This document shows, piece after piece, positions 42,846 through 54,730 of a stretch of 64,000 nt of DNA. The stretch lies in the sequence record NC_019538.1; one strand, written 5' to 3'. The position numbers and the translations under genes are program-made. The notes under the pieces were generated by a model. The model saw only the letters and a program-made list of their open reading frames with translations. It had not been told where the DNA came from and did not search any database. How positions within the stretch are numbered: position 1 is the first letter of the stretch; each line of letters opens with the position of its first letter.

Positions 42846-43590
42846 TTATCCGATCCAATCTATGAGTATAAAAAGACTCTTGGTTGTGTACACATATTCA
42901 CTAACGAAACAACCTTCTGCATACCAGATCTTTTCTCCGTTGGAGATGACCATACCTCGTTTTATCGGTTCCTCGTTGAAAGAGAACATATTAAACATAT
43001 TCTCCCAATCTTGACAATGAACGACCCAAGGTTTGATGTACCTGTATTGCCCTAGAATAAACCCGTCTCTGGTTTTTACTCCACCTCGCATTTCAAATAG
43101 ATCGTCTGGGGATTCATCTGATTGTACCATGAAAACACTAGGGCCAATTTTTACATCGAATTTCATTCTTTCTTACCTGCAACCATAAGCAAAATTCCAG
43201 AAATAACCGGACTGAACACGATAGAACCAACCATCCAAAGAGCCCAATTCCTATTCCACATATGAGCCCCAATTGAAACAAGAGCACATAAAGCAACATA
43301 CAACCCGTCGTTGATGATAAATTCCATTATACTTTTACCCCAGTTAGAACCACAATTTCATATTCATCCAGAGAGAAATCAACGTCCGGATCTGAATAAA
43401 ATGTATTGATCCCTCTTTTAATTTCTCCCCTTTCGAGAATACGCTTGACATCCATATAAGCCAATAGACACCAAACGTTGTTAGAGAATTCCGGTTCTGT
43501 TAGACAATAGTCTGTTTCTCCATCTATATGGCTGGTGAAAACTTCCCAGCCTACAAACTTCCCAGTTTCTTTATGTGCAAGTGCAAACAT
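42846..43590 (-). CDS. Hypothetical genes 42846-43166, a ~54-aa membrane peptide (~43165-43328) and 43327-43590
   Basis: ORFs with RBS. Confidence 0.65.
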
Positions 43591-43593
43591 ATC

Positions 43594-44253
43594 TTAACCC
43601 TCGTTTTTGTAACGACCATAGTATAATATCTCAGCTTCTTTCCGTTTTAGGATGGCTTCTGATTCATCAGAACCATAATAAAGTTGGATACATTTTTTGT
43701 CAACATATATGTAAGATATCCATACACCTCGGTCTTTCCTATACTTAACTCCTGATATCCCAGACTTACAATCCTCCCTAACTTTTTGATCAAAAGATTG
43801 CATTTCGTCACTAGTCCATTCGCATGTATCTTTACTGTAAATGTTACTTGAGTTTATCCGGTTTATAGAAGTACCATCCGGCCTGATTCCCATGTCTTCG
43901 ACGAAGTGTCTAAAACCTTCACCTCCCCGAGAGAGCCACCGTTCGCATACTGTTATTCCTACAGCACCATATTTGTAATACGAGTCATTATTCTCGTTAG
44001 TACACCTACTTACCATAGCATTGTACGATGAATATGTGTATTTGTCTATTATGAATTTATTATATCGTTTACAACCACAAGATTTCGTCTTTCCGTCTTT
44101 AACCCGTGAGTGTGTCGTTTCAAACTCGTTTCCACAATGACACCTACATAACCATAATGTAGGTTTTCCTGTTTCTTTTCTTATTACACGAATGAAGGTT
44201 ATCCCATTGATAACCTTCCCAGACATATCTATTAATTTCCTTCCCAATCTCAA
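43594..44253 (-). mobile_element. HNH-type homing endonuclease with a C-terminal AP2-like domain
   Basis: WLCRCHCG...SCGC N-terminus; Y..M..RC...YG..GI.VCERW...F.EDMG.RP..TSI.RI...Y...CEW; SG..GV...K....W...I...EA...R..AE tail. Confidence 0.85.
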
Positions 44254-45158
44254 CTCCCAAAAGGTTTGATCAAATGTTGATTTTTCAGGAAAAGTTGGAC
44301 GTAATTTTTACCATTATGTGTCTGATCGTTGTATATATCTACCACCAGATTATGATTTTCGTATGCAAATTCCCTAAACCACCCAGATGTAATAGAAGTA
44401 CAAACCTTTTCCAATGCCATCATAAAAGCTTTGGCTGGATGAACCTTACCCGGAAATGGTACTATACACCGTTCTAGTGCCAGAACACAAGCTTCTTCAT
44501 ACACACCAAGAAGTTTAAGACGCATATCACACTGTTCAAACTTCGTTTTTGATGTCATCACTTCTTCACCATCAACCATGTATGACAAGTAAGCGGGTCG
44601 TTCTCCAACAGCAATAGCTTGGTGAACTGTGTCATGGTCCATAGTGTAAAAATCATCGGTAAAGAAATCTTTCTTCCCTACATTAAGCTTCGGGTGTCCG
44701 TAAGTCAAGGATTCTTTTTCACGTTTCTTGAAGATCTCGAATTCTTTTTCATTCATCACCACACCAAAGTCACGAAGTTCGTGAATGGATTTCATGGTTT
44801 TGATGAAATTTCGAGTATTCTTTTTGAATCGATGGGACATCTTGATTGCCAGTAGAATACCGGGATTTGCTATCTTGATCTTACCATGCTCGTTATTCAT
44901 GTAGTTCGCAATCATCTCATCAGACGAACCCGGTTGAATGATATAAGCTTCATGGTAGCAACTACGACAATCCCCACGTTCAACAACAAAAGCCCGTACA
45001 TTTGGATTCTGTACGGCTACAGAGCGGCCTTGCATACGAGCTTGGTATTCACTCCACTCTTTTTCTGTTGCGATGAAATCATAATCCATATCTTTAGTTG
45101 GGGCCATACAATCAGCGTAAAAGCATTCCAACATAGCACGAGAACCAATCAAAATCAT
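44250..45158 (-). CDS. Nucleotidyltransferase-like phage protein
   Basis: Start at 45158 (GAGGG RBS); ILIGSRA...KDMDYD (hGS..DxD), K.SH, DHD..H and LERC motifs. Confidence 0.55.
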   Translation of the reverse strand: MILIGSRAMLECFYADCMAPTKDMDYDFIATEKEWSEYQARMQGRSVAVQNPNVRAFVVERGDCRSCYHEAYIIQPGSSDEMIANYMNNEHGKIKIANPGILLAIKMSHRFKKNTRNFIKTMKSIHELRDFGVVMNEKEFEIFKKREKESLTYGHPKLNVGKKDFFTDDFYTMDHDTVHQAIAVGERPAYLSYMVDGEEVMTSKTKFEQCDMRLKLLGVYEEACVLALERCIVPFPGKVHPAKAFMMALEKVCTSITSGWFREFAYENHNLVVDIYNDQTHNGKNYVQLFLKNQHLIKPFGS

Positions 45159-45204
45159 AATATTACCCTCAAAATTTATGGGGTCAATACGACCCCATTT
45201 AAAA

Positions 45205-45432
45205 TTAGCAACTACTTTCTTCCCAGTAGCTAGGCTCTGCATCAACGGATACGGTAAAGCCTTCCCCACCTTCACCATAACAAGAACTACTCAGCCAGTC
45301 ATTAAACACGATCTCATCAGAGTCGGTGTCTAGTTCTACACCATAATCATGTTGACCAGCAAGATCACGTACTTCTTTCAGGAGTACAGCCAGTTGTTTT
45401 GCTTTTTCTACCAGTTCATTACTACGAGACAT
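45205..45432 (-). CDS. Small acidic protein with two W-x-S/E-S-S-C motifs
   Basis: WLSSSC internally and YWEESSC at the C-terminus. Confidence 0.75.
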   Translation of the reverse strand: MSRSNELVEKAKQLAVLLKEVRDLAGQHDYGVELDTDSDEIVFNDWLSSSCYGEGGEGFTVSVDAEPSYWEESSC

Positions 45433-45456
45433 TTTAGTTTTCCTTTTGTTTAAAAA

Positions 45457-45744
45457 TTAACACTGATCCGAAGAACTCATCCAATAACCATGACCGTCGC
45501 CATGACCGTAATCCTCGGCTTGTTCCAGTTCCCAATATTCATGACCGAACGGATAGTAAGTCCGACCACTTCCGTAATCCCCTACTGAGAATGATACAAC
45601 ACCAGCATCAGCGAATTTAGTTGCAACATCTTCCATCATTTCCGCCAGTTTAATAACTGTACTCACGGCTTGTTTTGCAGTCATATCGCCACTTGCGTGA
45701 GCCGCTTCAATTTTATCCATTTCTTCTTTGATTTTATCAAACAT
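45457..45744 (-). CDS. Small acidic protein ending YWMSSSDQC (paralog of 45205-45432)
   Basis: N-terminal helix followed by an acidic Gly/Tyr-rich tail and the terminal motif. Confidence 0.75.
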   Translation of the reverse strand: MFDKIKEEMDKIEAAHASGDMTAKQAVSTVIKLAEMMEDVATKFADAGVVSFSVGDYGSGRTYYPFGHEYWELEQAEDYGHGDGHGYWMSSSDQC

Positions 45745-45769
45745 TTTTTAGTTTCCTTGATTTTAAAAT

Positions 45770-48700
45770 TTATTCGTTGATGACAACAACAAGACGAGAG
45801 TAACTGCTATACATATCATTGGATTTAGACCAAGATACCCCATACCCATCTTTGACCAGACGTTCAACCAGTTCAGAACGGATCTCTGACGGGATGATCT
45901 CGTTGGGGATACTAACCGTTACGTTATAGTCATTTGTCTTTTTGAGAAGATATTCGTAAACGAAATTTAGTGCGTTTTGAATCAAAGCTTCTCGCTTCTC
46001 GGTGATCTTTTTGTGAATTTCAGAGCTTTTCATTACCATCGTTCCCTTTTGTTCAATCCAAATGCAATTGTGTTTTCTATAATGTTATATTGGCGATTTT
46101 CTGATTTGTGCTTGATTTCTTTCAATCGAGACACCAATTCTTTTTTCTCATCACGATTAAACTGGTCTTTATGTAAAATACCACGTTCATTCATCTCATG
46201 AATCAAGACATTCCCTTGGTGATACACCAACTTTATCTCATGTGGTTTAAATCGTCTTGGTAGATTTGGTTCCTCGATGTCAAAAGTAAAAATCAAACCA
46301 TCTACATTATCTTTTCTTGACAAGTTCCATGTAAAAGGGTCGTTATCAATCACCTCGATAATCTTTTTTGCCAACGGTCTGATGTTTGGGATGTGTTTCT
46401 TTAACAACCAAAACATATCACATCACCTCTGGTTGTGTAAATACCGCTCGATATTTCTGTTGAAGACTACGAACTGATACAATCATTGGGGTTTCTGTGT
46501 TACTTTTGAAATCTTTTACCATCAAAGAACCCATACCACCACGAGACATAACAACCCCTTTTTGGAAATGTTCCCCGACTACCCATCCTTTACCTTCAAG
46601 AACGTATACAAGTGCTTCGGAAAAAGTCATATCAAATTTCATCATAATATCCTTACTTTAGATCCGTTTCAAGAAAGTTTTTAAACGCTTCGTTTCTTTT
46701 ATTTTCCTCTACACGAGAAGACAAATTCCTCAAGGCAGTTATAATTCGTTCTCTTTCTCTTTCGTTGAAAACATCATGAACTTTACCATCATCATCATCA
46801 TCATCATACATAATTGAGATTGGAATGTAAATACCCCACACCAATTTTACACCGTCTCCAATAACAAAAGTTGATGCGGATCTGTCTATGTGTTCACGTC
46901 TCAGATCGTCACAACTATCAATGATCTCAATAATCTTATCTACTTTTCCTTGAAGTGGGGTAGGTGTAGAAGGATTAACAACATCCCAATATTGAGGCTG
47001 TTTTTCTGAATTCAAAAGATTAAAAATCCAACCCCAAAATTTACCTTTACCTTGCATATCACTATACCTCTTCAAAAATTTTCAGGTCCGATACAAACTT
47101 GATGTGTTTGTTATCAAGAAGATACTGACCAATCCCCTTTTCGGCTGCATACTTGTCTACCGCACGATACTCTCGGGTTTCGTCGTACACTTGATCGTCT
47201 TGACCAACATAAACAACTTTAAACATATATTCTTTCATATCTATTCTCCCTTGTTTTGATACAGGTATATTCTCATGATTTGAATTTAAAGTCAACTGAT
47301 GTATCCAAACTTTTTCAGTAATTTAAAAACAGGTTCATCTCCCACCTTCGGGTTGCGCCAACATTCATCACCACGGACCCACACACGGGGCAAATGAAGA
47401 ACGGGATCGATGATTTCACCATGATATAGAGTTACCAATACCAATGATTTATCTACCTTAATCGAGTTGTCCAAAGATAAGGCGGCGATGCCGAATTTTT
47501 CTTCGAAATCAAACACATCGCCCATATTTTCAGAAACAACATAATATTTCCAACCAATGTTTTTCATATCATTCTCCACAAAACAAATCCTATATCACAT
47601 AGGATACAGGATTTTCATTTAGAGTCAATCAATTTTTGGGTATTTTGGTACTGTTTTTTCCACCCATTCACATTGATAAACCTTTTCGGTTTTCACATCA
47701 TATTCTTCTGGGATTAGTTCTTTTCCGAACGAGACCCATAACATGACCCACAGAACATACCCAACAACTTGATACCCAGACGCCCCTTTATTAAAGAAAA
47801 CCTGTCGGATTGCCAAAACAAACAATGGAAGAAAAAACCCAACACAAATAATACCGATTGCCCACCACATACGAACTTCTAAGATTGGATCCATCATGAA
47901 AGTGCTTCCTCTTTTGTAATAATAGTAAGTTCTCTGTCTCGGAAATCCCAGTTGTTTCCATTAACGCTACGGATCTCTGTATTTCTAGCTGCGTAAGCAG
48001 ATCCTTCCCCATGCCCACCACCAAATGTGGTAACTTCGGTTGTTACTTTAAATTTCTGACCATCATCGTTTTTTACATAAAATTCGTCTGGTAGTTCGAA
48101 CTGTTTTTCGCCAACCATTTTGACATAACTTGACGCCCAACCACCACCAGAAACATATACAACTTTAACACCAGAAAGATTTTTCTTCAAGATGTTACAA
48201 GTGTTTTCTAAAATTGTGATTAATTGTACTGTGTTTTCACAGAGCCCAACCATATCAGAAATCCGTGACTTCTGTTCTTCGAAAGTGATCATTTCATATC
48301 CTCAATACGAGATTTCAAAACCATCAACGCATCTTCTTGGTTCTTGAGGTCAATAGGACGATTGTGGTTGTTATACATATCCCATAAGATTTTACAGGAT
48401 TCCTCACTGAACACATTATCGAAGATCCTAGGACTTTCACTAATGTCGAAAAGAGATATAATTTTTTCTTCTTTATCGAAATGGATCTGAGTTAGACCGT
48501 CGATTTTCAAAACATTGTTCATAATCCAACTAATCTTACCATTGTTTTCTGCAAAGAACAACCACTTTACGATCTCGTTTTCAATATTTTTCATTCCGGA
48601 ACCACCCACTGAATTTCCAATTGAGAATAAAACTCGTTATTAAGGTCTACAATACACCATCCGTCAAGGGTATCCCAATATTCGATGTCATCTAGGTTGA

Positions 48701-49029
48701 TGCGCCATTTTTCCGACTCGATGCGTCCCTCACCATCAGTCCAAACCGCAATACAGTATCCCTCTCCGGGCATGATATTAGTTAGTTTCATATTAACCCC
48801 ACATTTCGTTGTATTTGATATATGCACATTCGATTATTTCGTCTTTGTGGAATGTTTCGTTTGGGTCAAATGATACCATGTCCACATTAACAGAAGTATC
48901 TGTGTTGTCTTTAAATGTAACAATAAATTTTGTTACATACTGGATTATACCGTTGTTGAAGATTATATTCTTTCCTTTGTCATTACAACCAGTGTCAATC
49001 CGAATTTCAACAATATCAGGTTTCTTCAT
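45770..49029 (-). CDS. Block of hypothetical genes: 45770-46039, 46033-46416, 46418-46645, 46653-47075, 47062-47295, 47292-47579, 47625-47897 (membrane), 47894-48292, 48289-48609, 48591-48827, 48793-49029
   Basis: Abutting ORFs with RBS. Confidence 0.72.
47585..47614 (-). terminator. Intrinsic terminator
   Basis: 12-bp stem with one G-U pair; core CCTATATC/GATACAGG. Confidence 0.65.
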
Positions 49030-49049
49030 TGCTATATCCTCAGAAAGTA

Positions 49050-49081
49050 AAAACCCTATACCAGCGATGATATAGGGTTTT
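49050..49081 (-). terminator. Intrinsic terminator after rnlA
   Basis: Perfect 11-bp stem AAAACCCTATA/TATAGGGTTTT. Confidence 0.75.
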
Positions 49082-49099
49082 GGTTATACTGTCAATGGA

Positions 49100-50278
49100 T
49101 TATTTCCATTTAGTTGGGACAAATTCGTCCGGATACTTGATAATGACCGACATAATCTCTGGCATCACTTCCAGATCAGGCGCTTGAAACATCTTCATCA
49201 CGATGTTAAAGAACATTCGGTCTTGTTTGAATGTGTTCTGCATAGAGATTGCATATTCGCGCCGTTCCATTCCAGCACAAGCCTTATGGGCCTCTCGGAT
49301 CTTGGTATACGTTGAACCAGCAACACTAACCACATGGTCTTCAAATTCTTGGATTTTTGTTAGAGATAACGAATCATCCAAAAACAGTTGACGTAGGTCA
49401 TCAGACACACCTTGAGCAACTGCAATAACCAAATCCTTGTTGTTGGTAATAGAGTCTTTCAGTTTATGACGCGCTACATATGAGGTGGTCTTGATCTTAA
49501 CGCGGCTACCATCTCGCATAACCAGAATATAACCTTCGATTCCGGTTTCGTTGTACATGTTCGAAATTGCGGTATTAACATCTGTACCTTCTTCAAACAT
49601 GAACTGATCTACCGCGTACTTACGGAACACAGGAGAACGAATCAAACTATTATTTGAATAATATTCCCCAGTATCACGATGACGGACGTTCAGGATCTTG
49701 AGGCTTTCTTCTGGATACATAATAACAATCTGGTTCTTCGGAGAACACCATTCCAAATTCACGGTATAACCAGCTTCTTCGCAATCGATAATGAAGTCCA
49801 AAAGGTCTGTGTGGTTCACCAACCAACGATTCGCGTCATTTGCCTGATCACTATTAATTGAGGTCTTACTTTTCAGCATGTAGTTAATGCGATTGTCGTC
49901 TTCTGGGTCGATGAAGTGATAAGAACTCATCAAACTACCATCTGCTTTATCTTCATATCTATCGATATTAGAATAATCCAATTCCAGTTTATCGAGACCG
50001 ACGACACCGGAATTTGTTAGGTTCCATGCTTGGCGTTCTGCTAGGTTGAAAAACTTTTCCATGGGTCGAGACGCGATCCGGTATGGTTCACCGTTAATCA
50101 GCTCGAACATGATACCGCGACACTCTAGAGCATCTGGGAGCATCCATTGGGTTAGCCCTGCAATGTGATAGGAGAATACCCGAAAATGGTTTCCAATAGA
50201 AGACCAATGGTCACGAAAGAAGAAACAATCTCCATGTTCTTCGGTCAACTTCAAAAGGTTGTTATAAAGTTCTTTCAT
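49100..50278 (-). CDS. rnlA: RNA ligase 1 (T4 gp63 homolog)
   Basis: LPDALECRGIMFE...RIASRPMEKFFNL matches T4 RnlA; motif I KADGSL; EGY and KIKT motifs. Confidence 0.95.
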   Translation of the reverse strand: MKELYNNLLKLTEEHGDCFFFRDHWSSIGNHFRVFSYHIAGLTQWMLPDALECRGIMFELINGEPYRIASRPMEKFFNLAERQAWNLTNSGVVGLDKLELDYSNIDRYEDKADGSLMSSYHFIDPEDDNRINYMLKSKTSINSDQANDANRWLVNHTDLLDFIIDCEEAGYTVNLEWCSPKNQIVIMYPEESLKILNVRHRDTGEYYSNNSLIRSPVFRKYAVDQFMFEEGTDVNTAISNMYNETGIEGYILVMRDGSRVKIKTTSYVARHKLKDSITNNKDLVIAVAQGVSDDLRQLFLDDSLSLTKIQEFEDHVVSVAGSTYTKIREAHKACAGMERREYAISMQNTFKQDRMFFNIVMKMFQAPDLEVMPEIMSVIIKYPDEFVPTKWK

Positions 50279-51886
50279 TCAGTAATCCCCAAGTTGATAG
50301 TATTGAGATCTTTTAGTTCAGTTTCGGACAATTCGAATGTGACACATCCAACTTTTTTAGCTTGAGTTAAACGGGTCATGATATCGGCAGAACGAGCGAT
50401 AATAAGAGTGATAGTTTCTAAATGTTCTACATCTAGATTTGTCAAGTCAATTTTCATAGAGCATCCATAATAGTTTGGGTATCCATAGCCGCCAACAATT
50501 CAGATTCTCCGAAATGGGCTAGGATATCTTGAATGGTGAAGTAACTTAATACGTCAGAATCACCAAAATGGCTGATAAATTCAGATATGGAAATTGAATT
50601 CATTACTGGTTCTGGGTCTACCTGATCTAAAGTCAAGTAAATGTATGGGTCGTGTCCATATCCACCAGAAATTTCAACACCGCGAGCTTCTAATTCTACA
50701 TCAATTCTATTCATATTAAATCCAATCGTGGATCAGGTTATATTCTTCTTTTGTTAGAATAACCTGAGTTGCTTTCTTATTGAACCATGGGTAATAAATC
50801 CAAGTATACAAAGCAAATTGTTCATCTGTCATGATGTTTTCAAGATTGTCTGGATTTGTCAATTTTACATTTTTAAGGTCAATTACAATTTGCATTTAGA
50901 TATACCTTTCAATAATTTGTAGTTCTTCGATGTCTACCAATATAGTATCCACTAATGGAGACTTCAACGCAGTAACCAACTTCAACAGGACATATTTTTC
51001 GTCTGCGGTTGGTAGATCCCCTCGAATAGTACGCTGGACCCACTCAATTTTTGTGTTTTCCAAAACATATTCTAATTTAATTTCATACTTCATATTTACA
51101 AATCCAACGCATGAACCCAAGAACCAATCAGATACACGGTTCCGGTTTCTGTTTTTACATAACGAACTTCCCCATCAATTTCAATCTTTTCTGTGATTGG
51201 TGAAGTTACAATACTATCCCCATTTTCAAACCGGGTCAGACAATCGTCATAGATAAGACCAGACAGACGGTTTCCGGGAACTGGGCGGACTTTAGAAAGT
51301 GTGGCGTGATGTTTCATCTCTTATTCCTCAAACGATTCCAGAAACTTGATAATATCAACACGGATCTCTTTTTGTAATGATAAAGTGGGGCTATACGGAT
51401 CAAAATCACAGAGGTCGTAATTTGTCTCTTTCCATGGGTATTCACAAGCCCATGAAAGCATACCTTTATTAATACCATCATTTACGTAAAAATGATATTT
51501 CCCTTCATAACAACGCACTTCCATTAGGTATTTGATGAATTCTTCTGGTGTGACTTTAAACCACTCCTTTACAATCCGTTCACGAGGGAAAGTAATCATA
51601 CCAATTTCTCCATATGTTCACGCATAAGTTCAAACCGACGTTTCATGTCTTCTTCTGTATTTTCGGGAAACCCGATAATGAATTTAATATCACCTCGTTC
51701 CCGAGCTTTCTTGATAATCATCCCCATGATATCAGACTTACCCATGTGATTTCCAAGAGAAGGGATATAGTCGATGACTTTTCCTAACGGTATACCACCT
51801 TTCGGGAAATGGTCAACTGGATACATAAACTGGACATCCATATCAGCGAAAAATTCTTTGTTCATAACAAATACCTCATATATCAA
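50275..51886 (-). CDS. Hypothetical genes 50275-50457, 50454-50714 (acidic), 50896-51093, 51096-51317, 51321-51599 and 51596-51886
   Basis: ORFs with RBS. Confidence 0.68.
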
Positions 51887-52196
51887 ATAGTTTGTCTAGA
51901 GACGGTTCAAACAACTTGTTGGCCACATAAGATAGAATGTCGGCATGACACAGTTTAGGTTTACAACAACACCCTAAACGCTTACCTTCGAGTTCTTTGA
52001 AATCTTCACGAGTAAGGTTACCCGTTCTGATCTGTTCTGTCAACCAATTTTTATATTTATCTAAAACAACCTCTCGGTCTTCTTCTCGACGTAAGGGGAA
52101 AGGATTCCCCCACTTAGAAGGACGCATAACAACGACGTCGCAAGGTTCTTTATTCAGGTTTACTGCGCGACATCTATTCATCACGGTCGTGTTCAT
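51876..52196 (-). CDS. DUF4326-domain protein
   Basis: RPSKWGNPF...L.GKRLGCCCKPKLCHADIL. Confidence 0.85.
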   Translation of the reverse strand: MNTTVMNRCRAVNLNKEPCDVVVMRPSKWGNPFPLRREEDREVVLDKYKNWLTEQIRTGNLTREDFKELEGKRLGCCCKPKLCHADILSYVANKLFEPSLDKLFDI

Positions 52197-52416
52197 ATAT
52201 AGACATTGGCGCTTGTCCCCAACACCCAACAAATAGATAAACCAAAAGAAAGGTTACAATTAATATACATTTCATACGTCACTATTATCCTTCACTTCAC
52301 CAAACTCCAACGCACGTTTACAACGTTCTATCTGGTCTGGACGCATCAGCATAACAAGCCCAGTATCAGCCATTATAGATTTAATCGCTTCCCGAAGAAC
52401 TTTGATATGATATTCA

Positions 52417-52657
52417 TCAGACAACATCACTATTATCCTGCATATCGCCATATACCAGTTTATAAACTGTTCCTGACTTGGTTACAATATGAGTTGTTAC
52501 ATCGTTGCAATCCCGAATATATTCAATGATAAAAGAGGTAACTATTTGCTCACCGTCATCAAAACGATTCTTGGTATCACAAAAAAACATAACCAAGTGC
52601 TTTGTTTTCGTTGAACGGATATGGAGACGAGTTTTTTAAAATCGCATCGTGTTTCAT
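52417..52657 (-). pseudogene. Frameshifted paralog of 51096-51317 (one extra base in an A7 tract)
   Basis: ATG at 52657 overlaps the upstream TGA; stop follows the A7 at 52581-52587; removing one base restores 79 aa with RF..G..IVTS...GTVY. Confidence 0.75.
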
Positions 52658-53231
52658 TCTTCTACCTCGAACAAACAATCTTCTTCATCCGGATAGCAAT
52701 TATCGATGTTATTGGGCCATTTAACCCAAGTCCAACCCGGTACTACATCCCGATATTCATGGTTTGGGATCACAACACCAATTACATCAATTGGATTCGA
52801 CTCTCCGCCGTTACCATCGTATGCCCAACGGCTTTTTGGATCCAATTTTACCAGAGTACCAATTTTAATATCTTTGTTCATTTTTAACTCTCCGAATATA
52901 CTTCAACAGAAAAAGGCTCGTCGTCAAGGTGGATAACATGGTTTAGTTGACCAAAATAATCGCAAATGGCACAAATCTTTTCTTCGTTGACTCCATATAG
53001 AACAAGTTCCCAACGACTATAACCATACTCACTTTCAGGATAATAAGAATTGTACTTAACTTCTGTTTGTACTGTAGCCAACATGGATGCAACACTGTGA
53101 AGTACGTATTCTTGTTTATCCTCGTCTTTTAATCCAGATTCGATGTATGCAAAGGTCTTACCACCGGATTTGTCTTCGTAACCTTCGAAGTCATCCCAAA
53201 TATTAATATCAATAATTTTCACATCAATCAC
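52654..53231 (-). CDS. Hypothetical genes 52654-52881 and 52884-53231
   Basis: ORFs with RBS. Confidence 0.7.
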
Positions 53232-53598
53232 CGTTAAAATGTATGTTCCAAACAGGACGATATTCCCGAATCAGCCGCTGCTCGTCCATATCTAACATCA
53301 TACTAGAAGACCGGAAAACATACAACCACAAATTCCCCTTGTTGATAGTCTCCACCATCTTTTTGTTCTTGTCAACATTAGATTGTCGGGCGTTTCTCCA
53401 ATTTACACAATTCCTATACGTATCGAATCTCTTCCAAAGATCGTTTGCTTTACCAATATAAAGGACTTTGGTCCCTCGTACAAACGCATATACCACATTT
53501 TGGTAATATGTCGGGACCAACATATCCCTCGATAACAAACCTCGTTCATCTAGATATAGCTTTGATATCTTCTTAAACCCCGGAAGCATATCATTCAC
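53224..53598 (-). CDS. denA: GIY-YIG endonuclease II homolog
   Basis: VVYAF...VLYIGKANDLWKRFDTYR...S...K...D.DEQRLI....P.WNI parallels T4 endonuclease II; lies between td and rnlA as in T4. Confidence 0.8.
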   Translation of the reverse strand: MNDMLPGFKKISKLYLDERGLLSRDMLVPTYYQNVVYAFVRGTKVLYIGKANDLWKRFDTYRNCVNWRNARQSNVDKNKKMVETINKGNLWLYVFRSSSMMLDMDEQRLIREYRPVWNIHFNGD

Positions 53599-54260
53599 CC
53601 TTAAAACTTCTACGCATCTTGTATGTCACGATCTGATAATTGAGACATGAGGTAAAAATGGAATGGATCTCATGACGAATTGATTGAGTTAGAGGAATTT
53701 CGACATTTTGTAATTTACAAAACTCAGAATGATAAATTTCCTGAATGTAACCACTATGAGTTAAATCATAAAAAGCCGCCTGTATAGGTTCCTCTATTTC
53801 GTTTTTTTGTAGGTTGTCGAAAATAGACAAGGCAGCAACTATACGTTCCTCCATGATCTTAGCAATGATCATTCCATTTTCATTCATACAACATTTTTCA
53901 GTATCATGATAAATCATTTTTCTTTTTATTCCTAATATAGGTTCGACGATTTAACCGAGTAACAATATTAAAATTTACCAATTCAAGCGTATACTGTTCA
54001 TAAATCCAATAATACAAATCATCAACATTGACATCGGGGTATAATTTTAATACTTCATCACTAATTTCGTTGATATCTTGGTCTGTTGGTCTATAGATAT
54101 AAAAAAGTTTTGATACCGCAATGACAAATTTTTCATTGTCGTCGATATCATTCAATTCCTGTTTGTGCTTTTCCATTCTGGACCGAACGTGCTTATCAAT
54201 AATAGGGAATATATCCCTTGATTCTACACTATATGCACCCGTCTCTCTTGAAAATTTCAT
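53591..54260 (-). CDS. Hypothetical genes 53591-53917 and 53904-54260
   Basis: ORFs; weak mutual C-terminal similarity. Confidence 0.65.
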
Positions 54261-54730
54261 TTCAACATCCTTATAGCCTCTTTGGCTTTTTCAACAGATA
54301 ACCCTTCTCTATGGATCTTCACCAGATGACTATGGTCATATCGAAGGTCATCAATAATAACGTATTTTTCAACACCACTAACTTTAGCATACTCTTCTGC
54401 ACAAGTAAACCGGTATTCCCCACCACCAGTATAGTCAATTACCCCATCGAGTTTGAGACCAGTGATTTCAGTGAAAACTGTCGAACCAACACAGTCAACA
54501 TCACCACCCCGAAACCAAGAAGAGATTCCTATTAGTTTAACGTCGTCGTAGGCTCTCAGAACGTCGTATAGGTTGTTTAACATCCATGGACATATAAGGT
54601 ATATGATCCCATCAACAACTTCCCATATCGCTTCTGATGAGACGTATGACGATACTTGATTTGTGTGGGCAACTTCTGACGTTTCATAGTTGTTTAGTGG
54701 TCCATCCACATCTAAGAAAACATACCTCAT
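54257..54730 (-). CDS. HAD-superfamily phosphatase (RNA-repair HAD_SAK-like)
   Basis: FLDVDGPLN (motif I), SSW, YVIIDD (motif IV), GL...A. Confidence 0.8.
   Translation of the reverse strand: MRYVFLDVDGPLNNYETSEVAHTNQVSSYVSSEAIWEVVDGIIYLICPWMLNNLYDVLRAYDDVKLIGISSWFRGGDVDCVGSTVFTEITGLKLDGVIDYTGGGEYRFTCAEEYAKVSGVEKYVIIDDLRYDHSHLVKIHREGLSVEKAKEAIRMLK

Noticed and set aside
44250-45278. 342-aa version of the NTase-like gene, and similar long N-terminal extensions (34988-35968, 17584-18063, 12898-13341, 6784-7158, 63248-63550)
   Set aside because: Extensions overlap upstream genes or promoters; internal ATGs have proper RBS
46418-46645. Possible Tad2/DUF2829 anti-Thoeris sponge (MTFSEAL..VLEGK start)
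   Set aside because: Only the N-terminal helix resembles the family; the W.PSQ.D.LA.DW C-terminal motif is absent
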